Shown: piece by piece, positions 20,388 to 30,708 of the stretch
How positions within the stretch are numbered: position 1 is the stretch's first letter
Layout of the letters: every line of letters begins with the position of its first letter
Assembly (NCBI GenBank): GCA_018897295.1
Contig: JAHILA010000014.1
Coordinates: 67,891-131,890 of the forward strand
Direction: 5' to 3'
Origin: Patescibacteria group bacterium
Lineage (GTDB): Bacteria; Patescibacteriota; Minisyncoccia; RBG-13-40-8-A
DNA length: 64,000 bases
Program-made: the position numbers and the translations under genes
Notes under the pieces: model-generated
Told to the model about the DNA's origin: nothing
Seen by the model: only the letters and a program-made list of their open reading frames with translations
Databases searched by the model: none

Positions 20388-21553
20388 TGTTAAAATTCCC
20401 AGAAAATTTTTATTGGGGCACAGCTACATCTGCATATCAAGTGGAAGGAGGGATAAAAAATGATTGGACCTGCCTTGCCGGCAGGCAGGGTGTAGCCGGG
20501 GAAAAATTTGATGCTGGAATTTGTTGCGACCATTACAATCGGTTTGAAGAGGATTTTAATTTAGCAAAAGAGATAAATAATAATGCCCACCGATTTTCAA
20601 TTGAGTGGGCTCGTATTGAACCCGAGAAAGGAAAATTTGACCAAAAAGAAATTGAGCATTACAGAAAAGTAATTTTGGCGCTTAAAGAAAGAGGGCTGGA
20701 GCCGTTTGTGACTTTGTATCATTGGACTCTGCCTGTTTGGTTTGCTGAGAAGGGCGGGCCTGCCTCGCCGAGTCAAGGCGGGTGGTTGAATAAAGACGCA
20801 CCAAAAGATTTTGAAAAATTTGTTGAGAAAATAATATTAGAGTACAAGGATTTAGTTAAGTTTTGGATTACTTTAAATGAGCCGAATGTTTATGTTTCGC
20901 ATTGTTATTTGCGCGGCGACTGGCCGCCATTCGAGAAAAATTACAGCAATTCCCAAAAGGTTTTAAACCAGTTGGTCGAAGCGCATAAATTAGCTTATAA
21001 AAAAATTCACGAAATCTCTCCTCGTGCTATAGTCGGCATAGCTAAGAATAATATTTGGTATCGCGGTATCATAGAATTAGTTTTAAATTATAAATGGAAT
21101 CATTGGTTTTTAAACGAGATTAAGAATTATCAGGATTTTATTGGTTTAAATTTCTATTTTAGTTCTTCTTTTTTAAATTTTATTTTTAAAAACAGGAATG
21201 TTAGTGATCTTGGATGGGGAATTGTGCCAGAAGGGATTTATCACGTTTTAAAAGATTTGAAAAAATACCAGAAACCGATTTACATTACGGAAAACGGCTT
21301 GGCTGATGCCAAGGATGAAAAACGGGCAAAATTCATTATTGAGCATTTAAAATGGGTTCATAAAGCAATTGGAGAAGGAGTTGATGTGCGCGGATATTTC
21401 CATTGGTCGTTATTGGATAATTTTGAGTGGGATAAAGGATTTGAGCCACATTTTGGCTTGATTGAAATTGATTATAAAACTCTTCAACGAATTCCGCGCC
21501 CAAGCAGTAAGGTTTACGCGGGAATTTGTAAGAATAATGGAATAAATTTATGA
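20387..21553 (+). CDS. Glycoside hydrolase family 1 (beta-glucosidase-like)
   Basis: FYWGTATSAYQVEG, TLNEP, ITENG, LDNFEW. Confidence 0.95.
   Translation: MLKFPENFYWGTATSAYQVEGGIKNDWTCLAGRQGVAGEKFDAGICCDHYNRFEEDFNLAKEINNNAHRFSIEWARIEPEKGKFDQKEIEHYRKVILALKERGLEPFVTLYHWTLPVWFAEKGGPASPSQGGWLNKDAPKDFEKFVEKIILEYKDLVKFWITLNEPNVYVSHCYLRGDWPPFEKNYSNSQKVLNQLVEAHKLAYKKIHEISPRAIVGIAKNNIWYRGIIELVLNYKWNHWFLNEIKNYQDFIGLNFYFSSSFLNFIFKNRNVSDLGWGIVPEGIYHVLKDLKKYQKPIYITENGLADAKDEKRAKFIIEHLKWVHKAIGEGVDVRGYFHWSLLDNFEWDKGFEPHFGLIEIDYKTLQRIPRPSSKVYAGICKNNGINL
20469..20489. repeat. 21-bp palindromic element in the GH1 gene
   Basis: CCTGCCTTGCCGGCAGGCAGG; peptide CLAGRQG. Confidence 0.85.
20759..20782. repeat. 24-bp palindromic element in the GH1 gene
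   Basis: CCTGCCTCGCCGAGTCAAGGCGGG; KGG[PASPSQGG]WLN. Confidence 0.85.
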
Positions 21554-22434
21554 GTTGGATTTTATTAGTAATTTTAGCCCAGTTTTTCTACGCATTAGTT
21601 TTTATACTTGATAAATATATCCTTTCCAGGTCAATGCCGCACCAAGTGGTTTATTCTTTCTATGTTGGGGTTTTAGGCATATTTGTTTTAGTTTTAATTC
21701 CATTTGGATTTGTAATGCCCAATGGCGCGGAAGTTTTTTGGAGTTTAATTGCTGGAGTTGCGCAGATTAGTGCTTTCCTGTTTTTTTATAAAGCCGTAAA
21801 CAGAGAAGAAATTTCCAGGGTCGTGCCTTTTGTAGGCGCCGCAAGTTCAGTATTTGTTTTGATTTTGAGCTCCTGTATTATAAAAGAATTTCTAACATTT
21901 CAACAGATAATAGCTTTTTTATTATTGGTTTTGGGATGTTTAGTTGTAGGGTTTAGGAAAAAGCATTTTATGGGAAATGGGGTTTTGGGATTATCTATTG
22001 TTTCAGCTTTTTTCTTTGCGCTTTTTTGGGTAATCACTAAGTATTTATTTTTAGGAACCAATTTTGTCAGCGGTCTGATTTGGGTAAGGGTTGGGGTAGC
22101 GTTAATAGCTCTAACTTTATTGTTTTTGAAAAAGAACCGAGAGCTTATATTTTCAGAAACGAAACAGGTTAAATCAAAAACAACAAAATTCTTTATATTA
22201 GGCAGGACTTTAAATGTTGCGGGGAGCTTATTCTTGTATCTGGCAGTATTTTTGGGAAGCGTAACTTTGACAACTGCTTTTCAGGGATTGCAGTATGTTT
22301 TTGTTTTGATTTTGGCTTTATTATTATTGAAGAAGATTCCGGTTTTGAAAGAACAGTTTAATAAAGAGGTTCTTATTCAAAAGATCGTCGCCATCATCTT
22401 TATTTGTATAGGATTAAGTCTTTTGGTAATATAA
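21550..22434 (+). CDS. EamA/DMT-family transporter
   Basis: About 10 TM segments in two repeats. Confidence 0.75.
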   Translation: MSWILLVILAQFFYALVFILDKYILSRSMPHQVVYSFYVGVLGIFVLVLIPFGFVMPNGAEVFWSLIAGVAQISAFLFFYKAVNREEISRVVPFVGAASSVFVLILSSCIIKEFLTFQQIIAFLLLVLGCLVVGFRKKHFMGNGVLGLSIVSAFFFALFWVITKYLFLGTNFVSGLIWVRVGVALIALTLLFLKKNRELIFSETKQVKSKTTKFFILGRTLNVAGSLFLYLAVFLGSVTLTTAFQGLQYVFVLILALLLLKKIPVLKEQFNKEVLIQKIVAIIFICIGLSLLVI

Positions 22435-22438
22435 TATT

Positions 22439-23632
22439 ATGAGTAAGTCAAGGATTTATTTTGATTATGCTGCCACGACATCATTAGATGCCGGAGTTTT
22501 AAAAAAAATGATGCCGTATTTAACTGATAAATACGGTAATCCATCGTCTATACATAAGTTTGGCCAAGAGGGAGGCAGCGCAATTGATGAAGCCAGGAAA
22601 AAAGTGGCTAAGTTTTTAAACTGCAAGCCATTGGAAATTGTTTTTACGGGCTCTGCATCAGAAAGCGATAATCTTGCGATCAGGGGCTTAATAAAGGCTC
22701 TAAAACGTAAAAAACAAGCAGGGGAGAGAATTCATATTATTATTTCAAAAATAGAGCACAAAGCAGTGCTGGAAACCTGCAGGGATTTGGAAAAAGAAGG
22801 AATCAGGATAACTTATCTGCCAGTAGGGCCGGATGGTTTGATAAATTTGGATGACCTTAGGGCTGAGATTACTCCTGAAACTGATTTAGTTTCAATAATG
22901 TACGCGAATAATGAGGTTGGTTCTGTGCAGCCAATTAAGAAAATCGGAAAAATTATTGGCGAAACTAACAAAAACGAAGAGCATCCGACTTATTTCCACG
23001 TTGACGCGGTTCAGGCAGCGAATTGGCTGGACTGCAGAGTTGATGATTTGAAAGTTGATTTGTTAACACTTTCAGCCCATAAGATTTACGGGCCAAAAGG
23101 AGTCGGGATTCTCTATATTAAAGAGGGTACGCCGATTGCGTCGTTAATTACTGGCGGGAGCCATGAATGGAAATTGAGGGCAGGGACGGAAAACGTTGCC
23201 GGTATTGTTGGTATGGGGGAGGCGATTGCAAAAATCAGAAATACGAAAGCCGAAATTCGAAAAATGGAAATATTAAGGAATAAATTAGTAGACGGTGTTC
23301 TAGAAAACGTCCAAGGCAGCAAGGTTAATGGCTCGAAACGACCAGAAGAAAGATTGCCGAACATCGTTAATTTTAGTTTTTTGGGAGTTGAAGGGGAAAG
23401 CCTGGTTATTGCTTTGGACCAAGAAGGGATTGCTGTTTCAACCGGCTCGGCCTGCACTTCAACTACCTTGTTGCCTTCGCACGTTTTAATCGCGATGGGA
23501 TTGCCCGAATTAGACGCGCATTCTAGTTTGAGAGTGAGTATGGGGAAATATACAACAATTAAAGAAATTGATTATTTTATAAAAATTTTGCCAAAGGTAG
23601 TCGAAAAACTAAGAAAAATTTCCGGCCGCTAA
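22439..23632 (+). CDS. iscS: Cysteine desulfurase (IscS/NifS)
   Basis: YFDYAATT, GNPSS, SAHKIYGPKG, STGSACTS. Confidence 0.93.
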   Translation: MSKSRIYFDYAATTSLDAGVLKKMMPYLTDKYGNPSSIHKFGQEGGSAIDEARKKVAKFLNCKPLEIVFTGSASESDNLAIRGLIKALKRKKQAGERIHIIISKIEHKAVLETCRDLEKEGIRITYLPVGPDGLINLDDLRAEITPETDLVSIMYANNEVGSVQPIKKIGKIIGETNKNEEHPTYFHVDAVQAANWLDCRVDDLKVDLLTLSAHKIYGPKGVGILYIKEGTPIASLITGGSHEWKLRAGTENVAGIVGMGEAIAKIRNTKAEIRKMEILRNKLVDGVLENVQGSKVNGSKRPEERLPNIVNFSFLGVEGESLVIALDQEGIAVSTGSACTSTTLLPSHVLIAMGLPELDAHSSLRVSMGKYTTIKEIDYFIKILPKVVEKLRKISGR

Positions 23633-23636
23633 ATTT

Positions 23637-24005
23637 ATGGCTATTTATAACAAACAAATAATGCAGCATTTTACTAATCCCAAGTTTTTTGGTAAAATTA
23701 ATAATCCGGACGTGATTGGAAAAGCAGGTAATCCGCGCTGCGGAGATTTACTGACTTTATATTTAAAAATTGACGAAAAAAGCAGGAGAATAAAAGGTAT
23801 TAAATTCGAAACATTGGGCTGCGCCTCAGCCATTGCTTCTTCAGATATGATTTGTAAGCTGGCAAAAGGCAAGACATTAGAGCAGGCATTAAAAATCGGT
23901 TTTCAGGATGTTTCTGATGAATTGGGAACATTACCTCCATTAAAAATTCATTGTGCTCAGTTAGTCACTGAGGCATTAAAAGATGCGATTAATAAATACA
24001 AGTAA
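23637..24005 (+). CDS. iscU: Fe-S scaffold (IscU/NifU N-terminal type)
   Basis: GNPRCGD, GCASAIAS, KIHCA. Confidence 0.92.
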   Translation: MAIYNKQIMQHFTNPKFFGKINNPDVIGKAGNPRCGDLLTLYLKIDEKSRRIKGIKFETLGCASAIASSDMICKLAKGKTLEQALKIGFQDVSDELGTLPPLKIHCAQLVTEALKDAINKYK

Positions 24006-24011
24006 TAAAAT

Positions 24012-24935
24012 ATGAAAAAACTTTTAATTCCAATAATTATAATTCTGATTGTTTTGGGTATTGCTCAGGTGCTTTACAGCCAAAAAGGGATATCTTCAAA
24101 AGAGGCCGGAGAGATAGTTATAGATTATATCGATAAAGTATTAGAAGGCCAGGCTACTGCAACATTAGTCGGAGACGTGGTAAAGGAAAATGGGGTGTAC
24201 AAATTAGAACTTAAAGTCGGAGAACAAGAAATGACTTCATATATTTCTCTTGATGGAAAATTAATATTTCCAAGCGGCATAGCAATTACAGAAGACACAA
24301 CTGCCAGTAGCGATGCCAATAGCGATATTCCAAAACAAGACAAAACAAACGCTGATTTATTTGTAATGAGTTTTTGTCCTTATGGCAATCAGGCAGAAGA
24401 AATAATGATAGAGGTCGTTGATTTATTAAAGGATAAGGCGGATATTGAATTGCATTATGTGATTTACGAAAATTACCAAGGCGGCGGCTCTGATTACTGT
24501 GTAGCTAATGGCAAATATTGCTCAATGCATGGGATACAGGAATTAAATCAAGGTATTCGAGAATTATGCGTGCAGAAATATCAAAAAGAAAAATTCTGGG
24601 ATTTTGTAAAGCAAATAAATGCTTCTTGCAATTATCAAGATGTTGATGCTTGCTGGGAAAAAATTGCCAAGAATTCCGGAGTTGATGTTAATAATGTGAA
24701 GACCTGTTTTGCAGAGGAAAAAATTTCTTTATTAGAGAATGAAGTTGAATTAGGAAAGAAATACGACATCAGCGGTTCGCCTCAGCTTATAATTAATGAC
24801 AAGGAATTTACAGGAACAAGAAGCGCAGAAGGGTATAAATCTGCTATTTGCGCAGGATTTAGCACTGCGCCATCAGAATGTTCCACGAGCTTAGGAACTG
24901 ATTCTGGTACAACTTCAACTGGCGGATGCGAATAA
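24012..24935 (+). CDS. Exported cysteine-rich thioredoxin-fold (DsbA/GILT-like) protein
   Basis: Signal/TM segment; FVMSFCPYG; CSMHG; GSPQLIIN. Confidence 0.7.
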   Translation: MKKLLIPIIIILIVLGIAQVLYSQKGISSKEAGEIVIDYIDKVLEGQATATLVGDVVKENGVYKLELKVGEQEMTSYISLDGKLIFPSGIAITEDTTASSDANSDIPKQDKTNADLFVMSFCPYGNQAEEIMIEVVDLLKDKADIELHYVIYENYQGGGSDYCVANGKYCSMHGIQELNQGIRELCVQKYQKEKFWDFVKQINASCNYQDVDACWEKIAKNSGVDVNNVKTCFAEEKISLLENEVELGKKYDISGSPQLIINDKEFTGTRSAEGYKSAICAGFSTAPSECSTSLGTDSGTTSTGGCE

Positions 24936-24942
24936 CCAAGAT

Positions 24943-25848
24943 ATGAAAGAAGCATTACTTTACAAAAAATTAGGTGGCAGTAAAGTTCAATGCAATGCGT
25001 GCAATCACAGATGCGTTATATTGGATAAAAAGCGCGGAATCTGCGGAGTGCGTGAAAATCAAAACGGAAAATTATATAGTTTGGTCTACGGCAAAATAAT
25101 TGCCGAACATATTGACCCGATTGAGAAAAAGCCCCTGTATCATTTTTTGCCAGGGACTTTTTCTTTGTCTTTTGCCACGGCTGGCTGTAATTTTCGCTGC
25201 TTGCATTGCCAAAATGCGGATATATCCCAGCTTGGTCCAGACCGCGGTCCCGATCCAAGTCAGGACTATGGTCGGGACAAAACCCCAGAACAGATTGTTC
25301 AAGACGCCTTAGATGGCAAATGCCCGAGCATTTCTTATACTTATACCGAACCAACTGTTTTTGTGGAATTTGCTTTGGATTGCATGAAATTAGCGCATAA
25401 AAAGGGATTAAAAAACATCTGGGTTTCTAATGGATATATGACTAAAGAATGTTTGGACTTAGTTGGTCCTTATTTGGATGCAATTAATATTGATTTGAAA
25501 GGATTTACAGAAAAATTTTATCAGGAAATTTGTGGAGCGCGGCTTAAGCCGGTTTTAGAAAATTTGACCCGTCTCGCGTCGACGAGCTTCGCGAGTCAAG
25601 GCGGGAAAGTCCATTTGGAAATTACAACTCTGATAATTTCTGGCAAGAATGATTCAGAAAAAGAACTAAAAAACATTGCCGAATTTATTAAAAAAGAATT
25701 AGGAGATGAAATTCCTTGGCACGTTTCGCGCTTTTTCCCGCAATATAAATTGTCGGATATCCCATCTACGCCAGTTGAAAAAATTCATCAAGCAGTTGAA
25801 ATCGGCAAAAGGGTTGGTTTAAGATATGTTTATCCGGGAAATGTGTAG
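24943..25848 (+). CDS. AmmeMemoRadiSam-type radical SAM enzyme
   Basis: CNACNHRC, DPIEKKPLYHF, GCNFRCLHCQN, YTYTEP. Confidence 0.9.
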   Translation: MKEALLYKKLGGSKVQCNACNHRCVILDKKRGICGVRENQNGKLYSLVYGKIIAEHIDPIEKKPLYHFLPGTFSLSFATAGCNFRCLHCQNADISQLGPDRGPDPSQDYGRDKTPEQIVQDALDGKCPSISYTYTEPTVFVEFALDCMKLAHKKGLKNIWVSNGYMTKECLDLVGPYLDAINIDLKGFTEKFYQEICGARLKPVLENLTRLASTSFASQGGKVHLEITTLIISGKNDSEKELKNIAEFIKKELGDEIPWHVSRFFPQYKLSDIPSTPVEKIHQAVEIGKRVGLRYVYPGNV

Positions 25849-25878
25849 TATTTTATTTTTGTGATATAATAAAAATGT

Positions 25879-26331
25879 ATGGGGAAAATAATCTTAATCT
25901 TAATAATTTTAGGTGTAGTAATTCCTATTTATCTTTTGGCTGTCCAGCCTCGCGTTGCGCGAGTCGAGGCAGGGTTTCCAAATGATCTACCAGGGCCCAA
26001 AATATCGGCTGACAGTAAATTTTATTTTTTGAAAATCTGGTGGGAGAAGATTGTTATATTTTTCACTTTTGGCGCTGAAAACCGGGCGGAAAGATACAAG
26101 GTGTTTGCGGAAAAGAGAGTTATAGAAGCCAAAGAAATGCTTTTAAAGGGAAATACGGAATTAGCCGAGAAGTTGAATGGTGTTTATCAGTCTTATTTGA
26201 ACAAAGCCAAAGATGCGCTAAACAATGCGATTCAAAAAGCGATAGAAAAGCAAAAAGAAAATTTGAAGCAAGCATTAGAGGAAAAACTTGATGAGATAAT
26301 GCAAAAAATTAAGGACTCACTAAGTATATAA
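25879..26331 (+). CDS. Membrane-anchored helical protein (DUF5667-like)
   Basis: DSKFYFLKIWWEK, AEKRVIE. Confidence 0.6.
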   Translation: MGKIILILIILGVVIPIYLLAVQPRVARVEAGFPNDLPGPKISADSKFYFLKIWWEKIVIFFTFGAENRAERYKVFAEKRVIEAKEMLLKGNTELAEKLNGVYQSYLNKAKDALNNAIQKAIEKQKENLKQALEEKLDEIMQKIKDSLSI

Positions 26332-26335
26332 TTTT

Positions 26336-26563
26336 ATGGTAAGAGTATTTTCAACTCCGAGCTGCCCATATTGCGTGGCTCTCAAGGGTTATTTAAAAGA
26401 ACGCAATATAGAATTTCAAGATATTGATGTTTCGCAGGATTTGGAAGCCCAGAAGGAAATGATTGAAAAGTCAGGGCAATACGGGGTGCCTGTCATAGAT
26501 ATTAATGGGGAAATTATTATAGGATTTAATCAAGAACGCATTAAGCAATTATTAAAATTATGA
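26336..26563 (+). CDS. Glutaredoxin/NrdH-like redoxin
   Basis: CPYC, SGQYGVPVI. Confidence 0.92.
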   Translation: MVRVFSTPSCPYCVALKGYLKERNIEFQDIDVSQDLEAQKEMIEKSGQYGVPVIDINGEIIIGFNQERIKQLLKL

Positions 26564-27471
26564 TATACGATTTAATTATTATTGGTGGAGGGCCGGCTGG
26601 AATAACTGCCGGGATTTATGCTGCTAGGAAAAAATTAAAAACTCTTTTAATTACCAAGGAATGGGGCGGCCAGATAGTTAAAGCTAATGAAATCGAAAAT
26701 TGGCCCGGAACGAAAATTATTTCAGGTACAGAGTTGATTAAACAGATGACAGAACATCTTAAAGAATTCGAAATTGAAATAAAACAGGATAAAGAAGTGA
26801 TTAATCTGGATAAAAAGGGCGACAATTTTTTAGTAAGAGACAATGAACTGGAATATGAAGCGAGAACAGTCATTATTGCTACTGGCAAGATTCCGCGAAT
26901 GTTAAATGTTTCAGGCGAAGAAGAATTTAAAGGAAAGGGGGTGAGTATTTGCGCAACCTGCGATGCGCCGATGTTTAAAAATAAGGATGTGGCAGTTGTT
27001 GGCGGAGGAAATTCCAGCTTTAGCACAGCGTTGGATTTGGTAAAATATGCCAAAAAAGTTTATATCTTGGAATTTTTTGAAGAAATGAAAGGAGACCCGA
27101 CTACCAAGGAAAAATTAGCCAATACAGGAAAAGTAGAATTTATTACAAATGTAGCAATAAAAGAGATTAAAGGAACAAAATTTGTAGATAGCTTGGTTTA
27201 TGAGGATAGAAAAACAAGTAAGGATAATGAAATAAAAGTACAAGGAGTATTTATTTCTGTTGGCATGGAAGCAAAGGTTGGGTTTGCTGAAAAATTAGTG
27301 GAGTTGAATAAAATAGGGGAGATTGTAATTGATAAAAATAATTATACAAAAACACCGGGATTGTTCGCAGCAGGAGATATTACTGATATTAAATACGAGC
27401 AGATTGTAATTGCCTGCGGCGAAGGCGCAAAAGCAGTTTTAGCAGTCACAGATTATTTAGAAAAAAAATAA
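26560..27471 (+). CDS. trxB: Thioredoxin reductase
   Basis: GGGPAG, CATCD, GGGNS, FAAGD. Confidence 0.92.
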   Translation: MIYDLIIIGGGPAGITAGIYAARKKLKTLLITKEWGGQIVKANEIENWPGTKIISGTELIKQMTEHLKEFEIEIKQDKEVINLDKKGDNFLVRDNELEYEARTVIIATGKIPRMLNVSGEEEFKGKGVSICATCDAPMFKNKDVAVVGGGNSSFSTALDLVKYAKKVYILEFFEEMKGDPTTKEKLANTGKVEFITNVAIKEIKGTKFVDSLVYEDRKTSKDNEIKVQGVFISVGMEAKVGFAEKLVELNKIGEIVIDKNNYTKTPGLFAAGDITDIKYEQIVIACGEGAKAVLAVTDYLEKK

Positions 27472-27584
27472 TCCCTTTGATTTTCTATTATCAACTCGTC
27501 ATTGACGGGTTTTTATTATAGGATTATGCTTTAAATACAATAATTAAGGAGGATCGCTCTTTAAAATTCAACAGAGGAGGAAAT

Positions 27585-28058
27585 ATGAAAAAAAGACCGA
27601 GCTGGGATGAAACTTTTATGGCGATGGCTGAGAATATTGCCGATAGATCGGCATGTATTCTCTATCAGGTTGGCGCAGTTTTTGCCAAGGAGAAACAATT
27701 TTTACAAGTAGGATTTAATGGTCCTACCAGAGGGGGAGATAATCATTGTAGTGAAATTGGCTGCGCTAAAAAGGTTAATGATGTGATAATGCCTTCTGGT
27801 TCAAAAAAATGTAGGGGAGCTCATGCTGAGATGAATGGCATTGTGAATGCTGCCAGAAATGGAGTGGGTCTTGAAGGTTCAACTGTTTATTGTACTTTGT
27901 CTCCTTGTTACGATTGTGCCAAACACCTTGTGAATCTTGGAATTAAGAGATTCGTTTACAAAATCAAATATGAGGAGGAATGGCCGCAAGTCAGTAAACT
28001 TTTTCAAGAAAAGAAAATCAAATTGGAAAAATTTCAGAGAGGAGGAAAAAATGATTGA
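27585..28058 (+). CDS. dCMP deaminase family protein
   Basis: RPSWDE, HAEMN, SPCYDC. Confidence 0.9.
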   Translation: MKKRPSWDETFMAMAENIADRSACILYQVGAVFAKEKQFLQVGFNGPTRGGDNHCSEIGCAKKVNDVIMPSGSKKCRGAHAEMNGIVNAARNGVGLEGSTVYCTLSPCYDCAKHLVNLGIKRFVYKIKYEEEWPQVSKLFQEKKIKLEKFQRGGKND

Positions 28059-28746
28059 CAGATGGAAGTATTTAAGAAAGGGTTTATTCAGGAGTGTAGA
28101 ACCGTTAGTCGAGTTGGTGGCTATCTCTAAGCCGGTTGGAAGGTTTGTTGATTTGTGCATTACCGAAACCCTGCCTGGTTTTACTGCTCGGGTAAGTCAT
28201 GAATCCAAAGGAACCCAGGATGATGATCTGCGGTTGAATCGGGATTTGATCAAAAAGAGGCATCATACGCCTTTGGAATCCGTTTGTTTCACGTTTCTTG
28301 TTTCCGGCATTACGAAAAGCCTTCAGAACCAATGGGTAAGACATCGCATCGGCGTGGGATGGACGTACCGGAGTACAAGATTTGTCCCGGCTAGCGAGAA
28401 CAATTTCATCTACTGTACTTACGACTACGTCAATGATGAACAAAAAGTACGGAAACTCCTGGCAATCGACGAAGAAAAAGCGAAGAAAGCAATTGAAGAT
28501 TACGAAGAAAAACGGAGACTCGGCGCGACCAAGCAAGACAGCAGAAAAATTATGCCAGTTTTCTGGAATACGCCATGCTATTTCTACTGCAATGTCTGTT
28601 CTCTGCGATATTTCTTCAATCTGCGCCTTGCCAAAGATGCGGAATGGGAAATCCGCAGAATGGCCAAGTTAATGTTTGAAATCGTCATCAAGGAAGTTCC
28701 TTCTCTTTTTGAAGATTTCATTGAATTAGCCAGAAAGGAGGACTGA
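28051..28746 (+). CDS. thyX: Flavin-dependent thymidylate synthase
   Basis: HHTPLE, QWVRHR...STRF, LRLAKDAEWEIR; ATG at 28051 preceded by AGGAGG. Confidence 0.88.
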   Translation: MIDRWKYLRKGLFRSVEPLVELVAISKPVGRFVDLCITETLPGFTARVSHESKGTQDDDLRLNRDLIKKRHHTPLESVCFTFLVSGITKSLQNQWVRHRIGVGWTYRSTRFVPASENNFIYCTYDYVNDEQKVRKLLAIDEEKAKKAIEDYEEKRRLGATKQDSRKIMPVFWNTPCYFYCNVCSLRYFFNLRLAKDAEWEIRRMAKLMFEIVIKEVPSLFEDFIELARKED

Positions 28747-28824
28747 ATTTTAAGAAGCTCTATTGGTTAGATAACCAACAGAGCTTCATTTTTTTATTGT
28801 TTTGATATAAAATATAATTGAACT

Positions 28825-30288
28825 ATGAATAAGTATGAACCTACAATTGGGCTGGAGATTCACGTTGAATTAAAAACAAAGACAAAAATGTTTTGTTCTT
28901 GTTTGAACGACCCTCTGGAAAAAGAAGCAAATAAAAATATTTGTCCGATTTGTACTGCTCAGCCAGGGAGTTTGCCTGTTATTAACGAAGAAGCAATTTA
29001 CAGTGTAATAAAAGCAGGATTGGCTTTAAACTGCAAAATTGCAGAGAAAACTTGGTTTGAAAGAAAGAATTATTTTTACCCTGATTTGCCAAAAGGTTAT
29101 CAGATTACGCAATTTGAAGCTCCTTTATGTTTTAAGGGAGAATTGAATAATATTAAAATCAGGAGAATACATTTGGAAGAAGATACTGGAAGATTAATGC
29201 ATGACAAAGGCGATCTACCTGCCGGTAGGCAGGGATATTCTTTAGTTGATTATAATCGCGCTGGCATGCCTTTAATGGAACTAGTTACAGAGCCGGACAT
29301 CCATTCTGCTGAACAGACAAAGAATTTTGCCCAAGAATTGCAATTAATTTTAAGATATCTGGGAATTTCCGATGCTGATATGGAAAAGGGACAGATGCGC
29401 GTGGAAGCAAATATAAGTTTAAATATGGGCACAAAAGTTGAAGTGAAAAACCTTAATTCATTCAAGAGCGTTGAAAAAGCAATTGAATACGAGATTATCA
29501 GGCAGCAAAGGATTTTGGAAAAAGACGACCTGCCTGCCGGTAGGCAAGGTAAGGTAGAACATGAAACAAGAGGATGGAATGACGCGAAGCAGGAAACATT
29601 CTCCCAGAGAATAAAGGAAACATCTGATGATTATCGTTATTTCCCAGAGCCGGATTTGCCGCCACTAGACATTAAAGCTGAATTGATTAAGAAATTGCAG
29701 GCAGAAATTCCTGAGTTGCCGCAAGCAAGAAGGAAAAGATTTAAAAGAGAGTATAAATTACCAGAAAAAAGCGCAGAAGTATTGGTGAATTTTAAATATT
29801 TGGCTGATTTTTTCGAGCACGCAGTAAGCGAGCTTAATGCTTGGCTAAAGTCGGGCAAGATTAAAACCGATATCAATAGATTGATAATTTTAAGCTCCAA
29901 TTATATTATTACTGAGTTTCCAAAATTTGTTTCTACAAGTCGGGAGATTAAAATAACTGCGGAAAATTTTGCAGAATTGATTTATTTGACTTTTATCGGC
30001 GAGGTTTCCTCAAGCGGGACGCAGGAAGTTTTAAAAGAAATGTTTAGAACTGGCGCAGACCCTTCGCAAATTATTGAATCTAAAAACCTGAAGCAATTAA
30101 GCAAAGAAGGGGACTTGGATAAGATTGCGGAGAAAATAATAAAAAACAATCCCCAGCCAGTTGAGGATTACAAGCAAGGAAAGGAAACCGTATTGCAGTT
30201 TTTAGTTGGTCAGGCAATGCGCGAGACCAAAGGCAAAGCCAATCCCGAGATAGTTGCCAAGATATTGCGGGATATATTGACAAAATGA
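28825..30288 (+). CDS. gatB: Asp/Glu-tRNA amidotransferase subunit B
   Basis: IGLEIHVEL, YFYPDLPKGYQITQ, DYRYFPEPDL. Confidence 0.97.
   Translation: MNKYEPTIGLEIHVELKTKTKMFCSCLNDPLEKEANKNICPICTAQPGSLPVINEEAIYSVIKAGLALNCKIAEKTWFERKNYFYPDLPKGYQITQFEAPLCFKGELNNIKIRRIHLEEDTGRLMHDKGDLPAGRQGYSLVDYNRAGMPLMELVTEPDIHSAEQTKNFAQELQLILRYLGISDADMEKGQMRVEANISLNMGTKVEVKNLNSFKSVEKAIEYEIIRQQRILEKDDLPAGRQGKVEHETRGWNDAKQETFSQRIKETSDDYRYFPEPDLPPLDIKAELIKKLQAEIPELPQARRKRFKREYKLPEKSAEVLVNFKYLADFFEHAVSELNAWLKSGKIKTDINRLIILSSNYIITEFPKFVSTSREIKITAENFAELIYLTFIGEVSSSGTQEVLKEMFRTGADPSQIIESKNLKQLSKEGDLDKIAEKIIKNNPQPVEDYKQGKETVLQFLVGQAMRETKGKANPEIVAKILRDILTK
29214..29234. repeat. Palindromic element 1 in gatB
   Basis: TCTACCTGCCGGTAGGCAGGG; peptide LPAGRQG. 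Confidence 0.85.
29529..29549. repeat. Palindromic element 2 in gatB
   Basis: CCTGCCTGCCGGTAGGCAAGG; peptide LPAGRQG. Confidence 0.85.
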
Positions 30289-30331
30289 TTTTTATAATAT
30301 ATAATAAGAGGATAATTATTAATAAAATTTT

Positions 30332-30700
30332 ATGTTTGAAACCATGGATAGAGATTTTAAAAGAAAACCTCCATTAACTCCCGAAGATAAGGCAAGAATA
30401 GCCAAAGAGCATGAATTGGCGAGAATCAACGAAGAAGCACAAATAACAACTGATTTTCAGAAAGGATCGGATATCGTTATAGAACAGGGAGAGGATATGA
30501 GGGTGGTGCGTGCAGAAAAAAAGGAAAAGGGTGAAAAAGTTCACGCCCTTGATGTTTTGTCTCAGGAAATACAGAACGAGATAATGGTTCAAGCCAGAGA
30601 AGAGTTGATGAAAGAAGCTTATTCTCCGCAAAAAATTGAAGAAATGGCCATGGATAGGGCCAGGAAAATCGCCAAAGAGGAATTCGGAAGCAAGGGCTAA
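30332..30700 (+). CDS. Hypothetical charged protein
   Basis: 122-aa ORF with an upstream TTGACA/TATAAT-like promoter. Confidence 0.65.
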   Translation: MFETMDRDFKRKPPLTPEDKARIAKEHELARINEEAQITTDFQKGSDIVIEQGEDMRVVRAEKKEKGEKVHALDVLSQEIQNEIMVQAREELMKEAYSPQKIEEMAMDRARKIAKEEFGSKG

Positions 30701-30708
30701 AATTTTAT

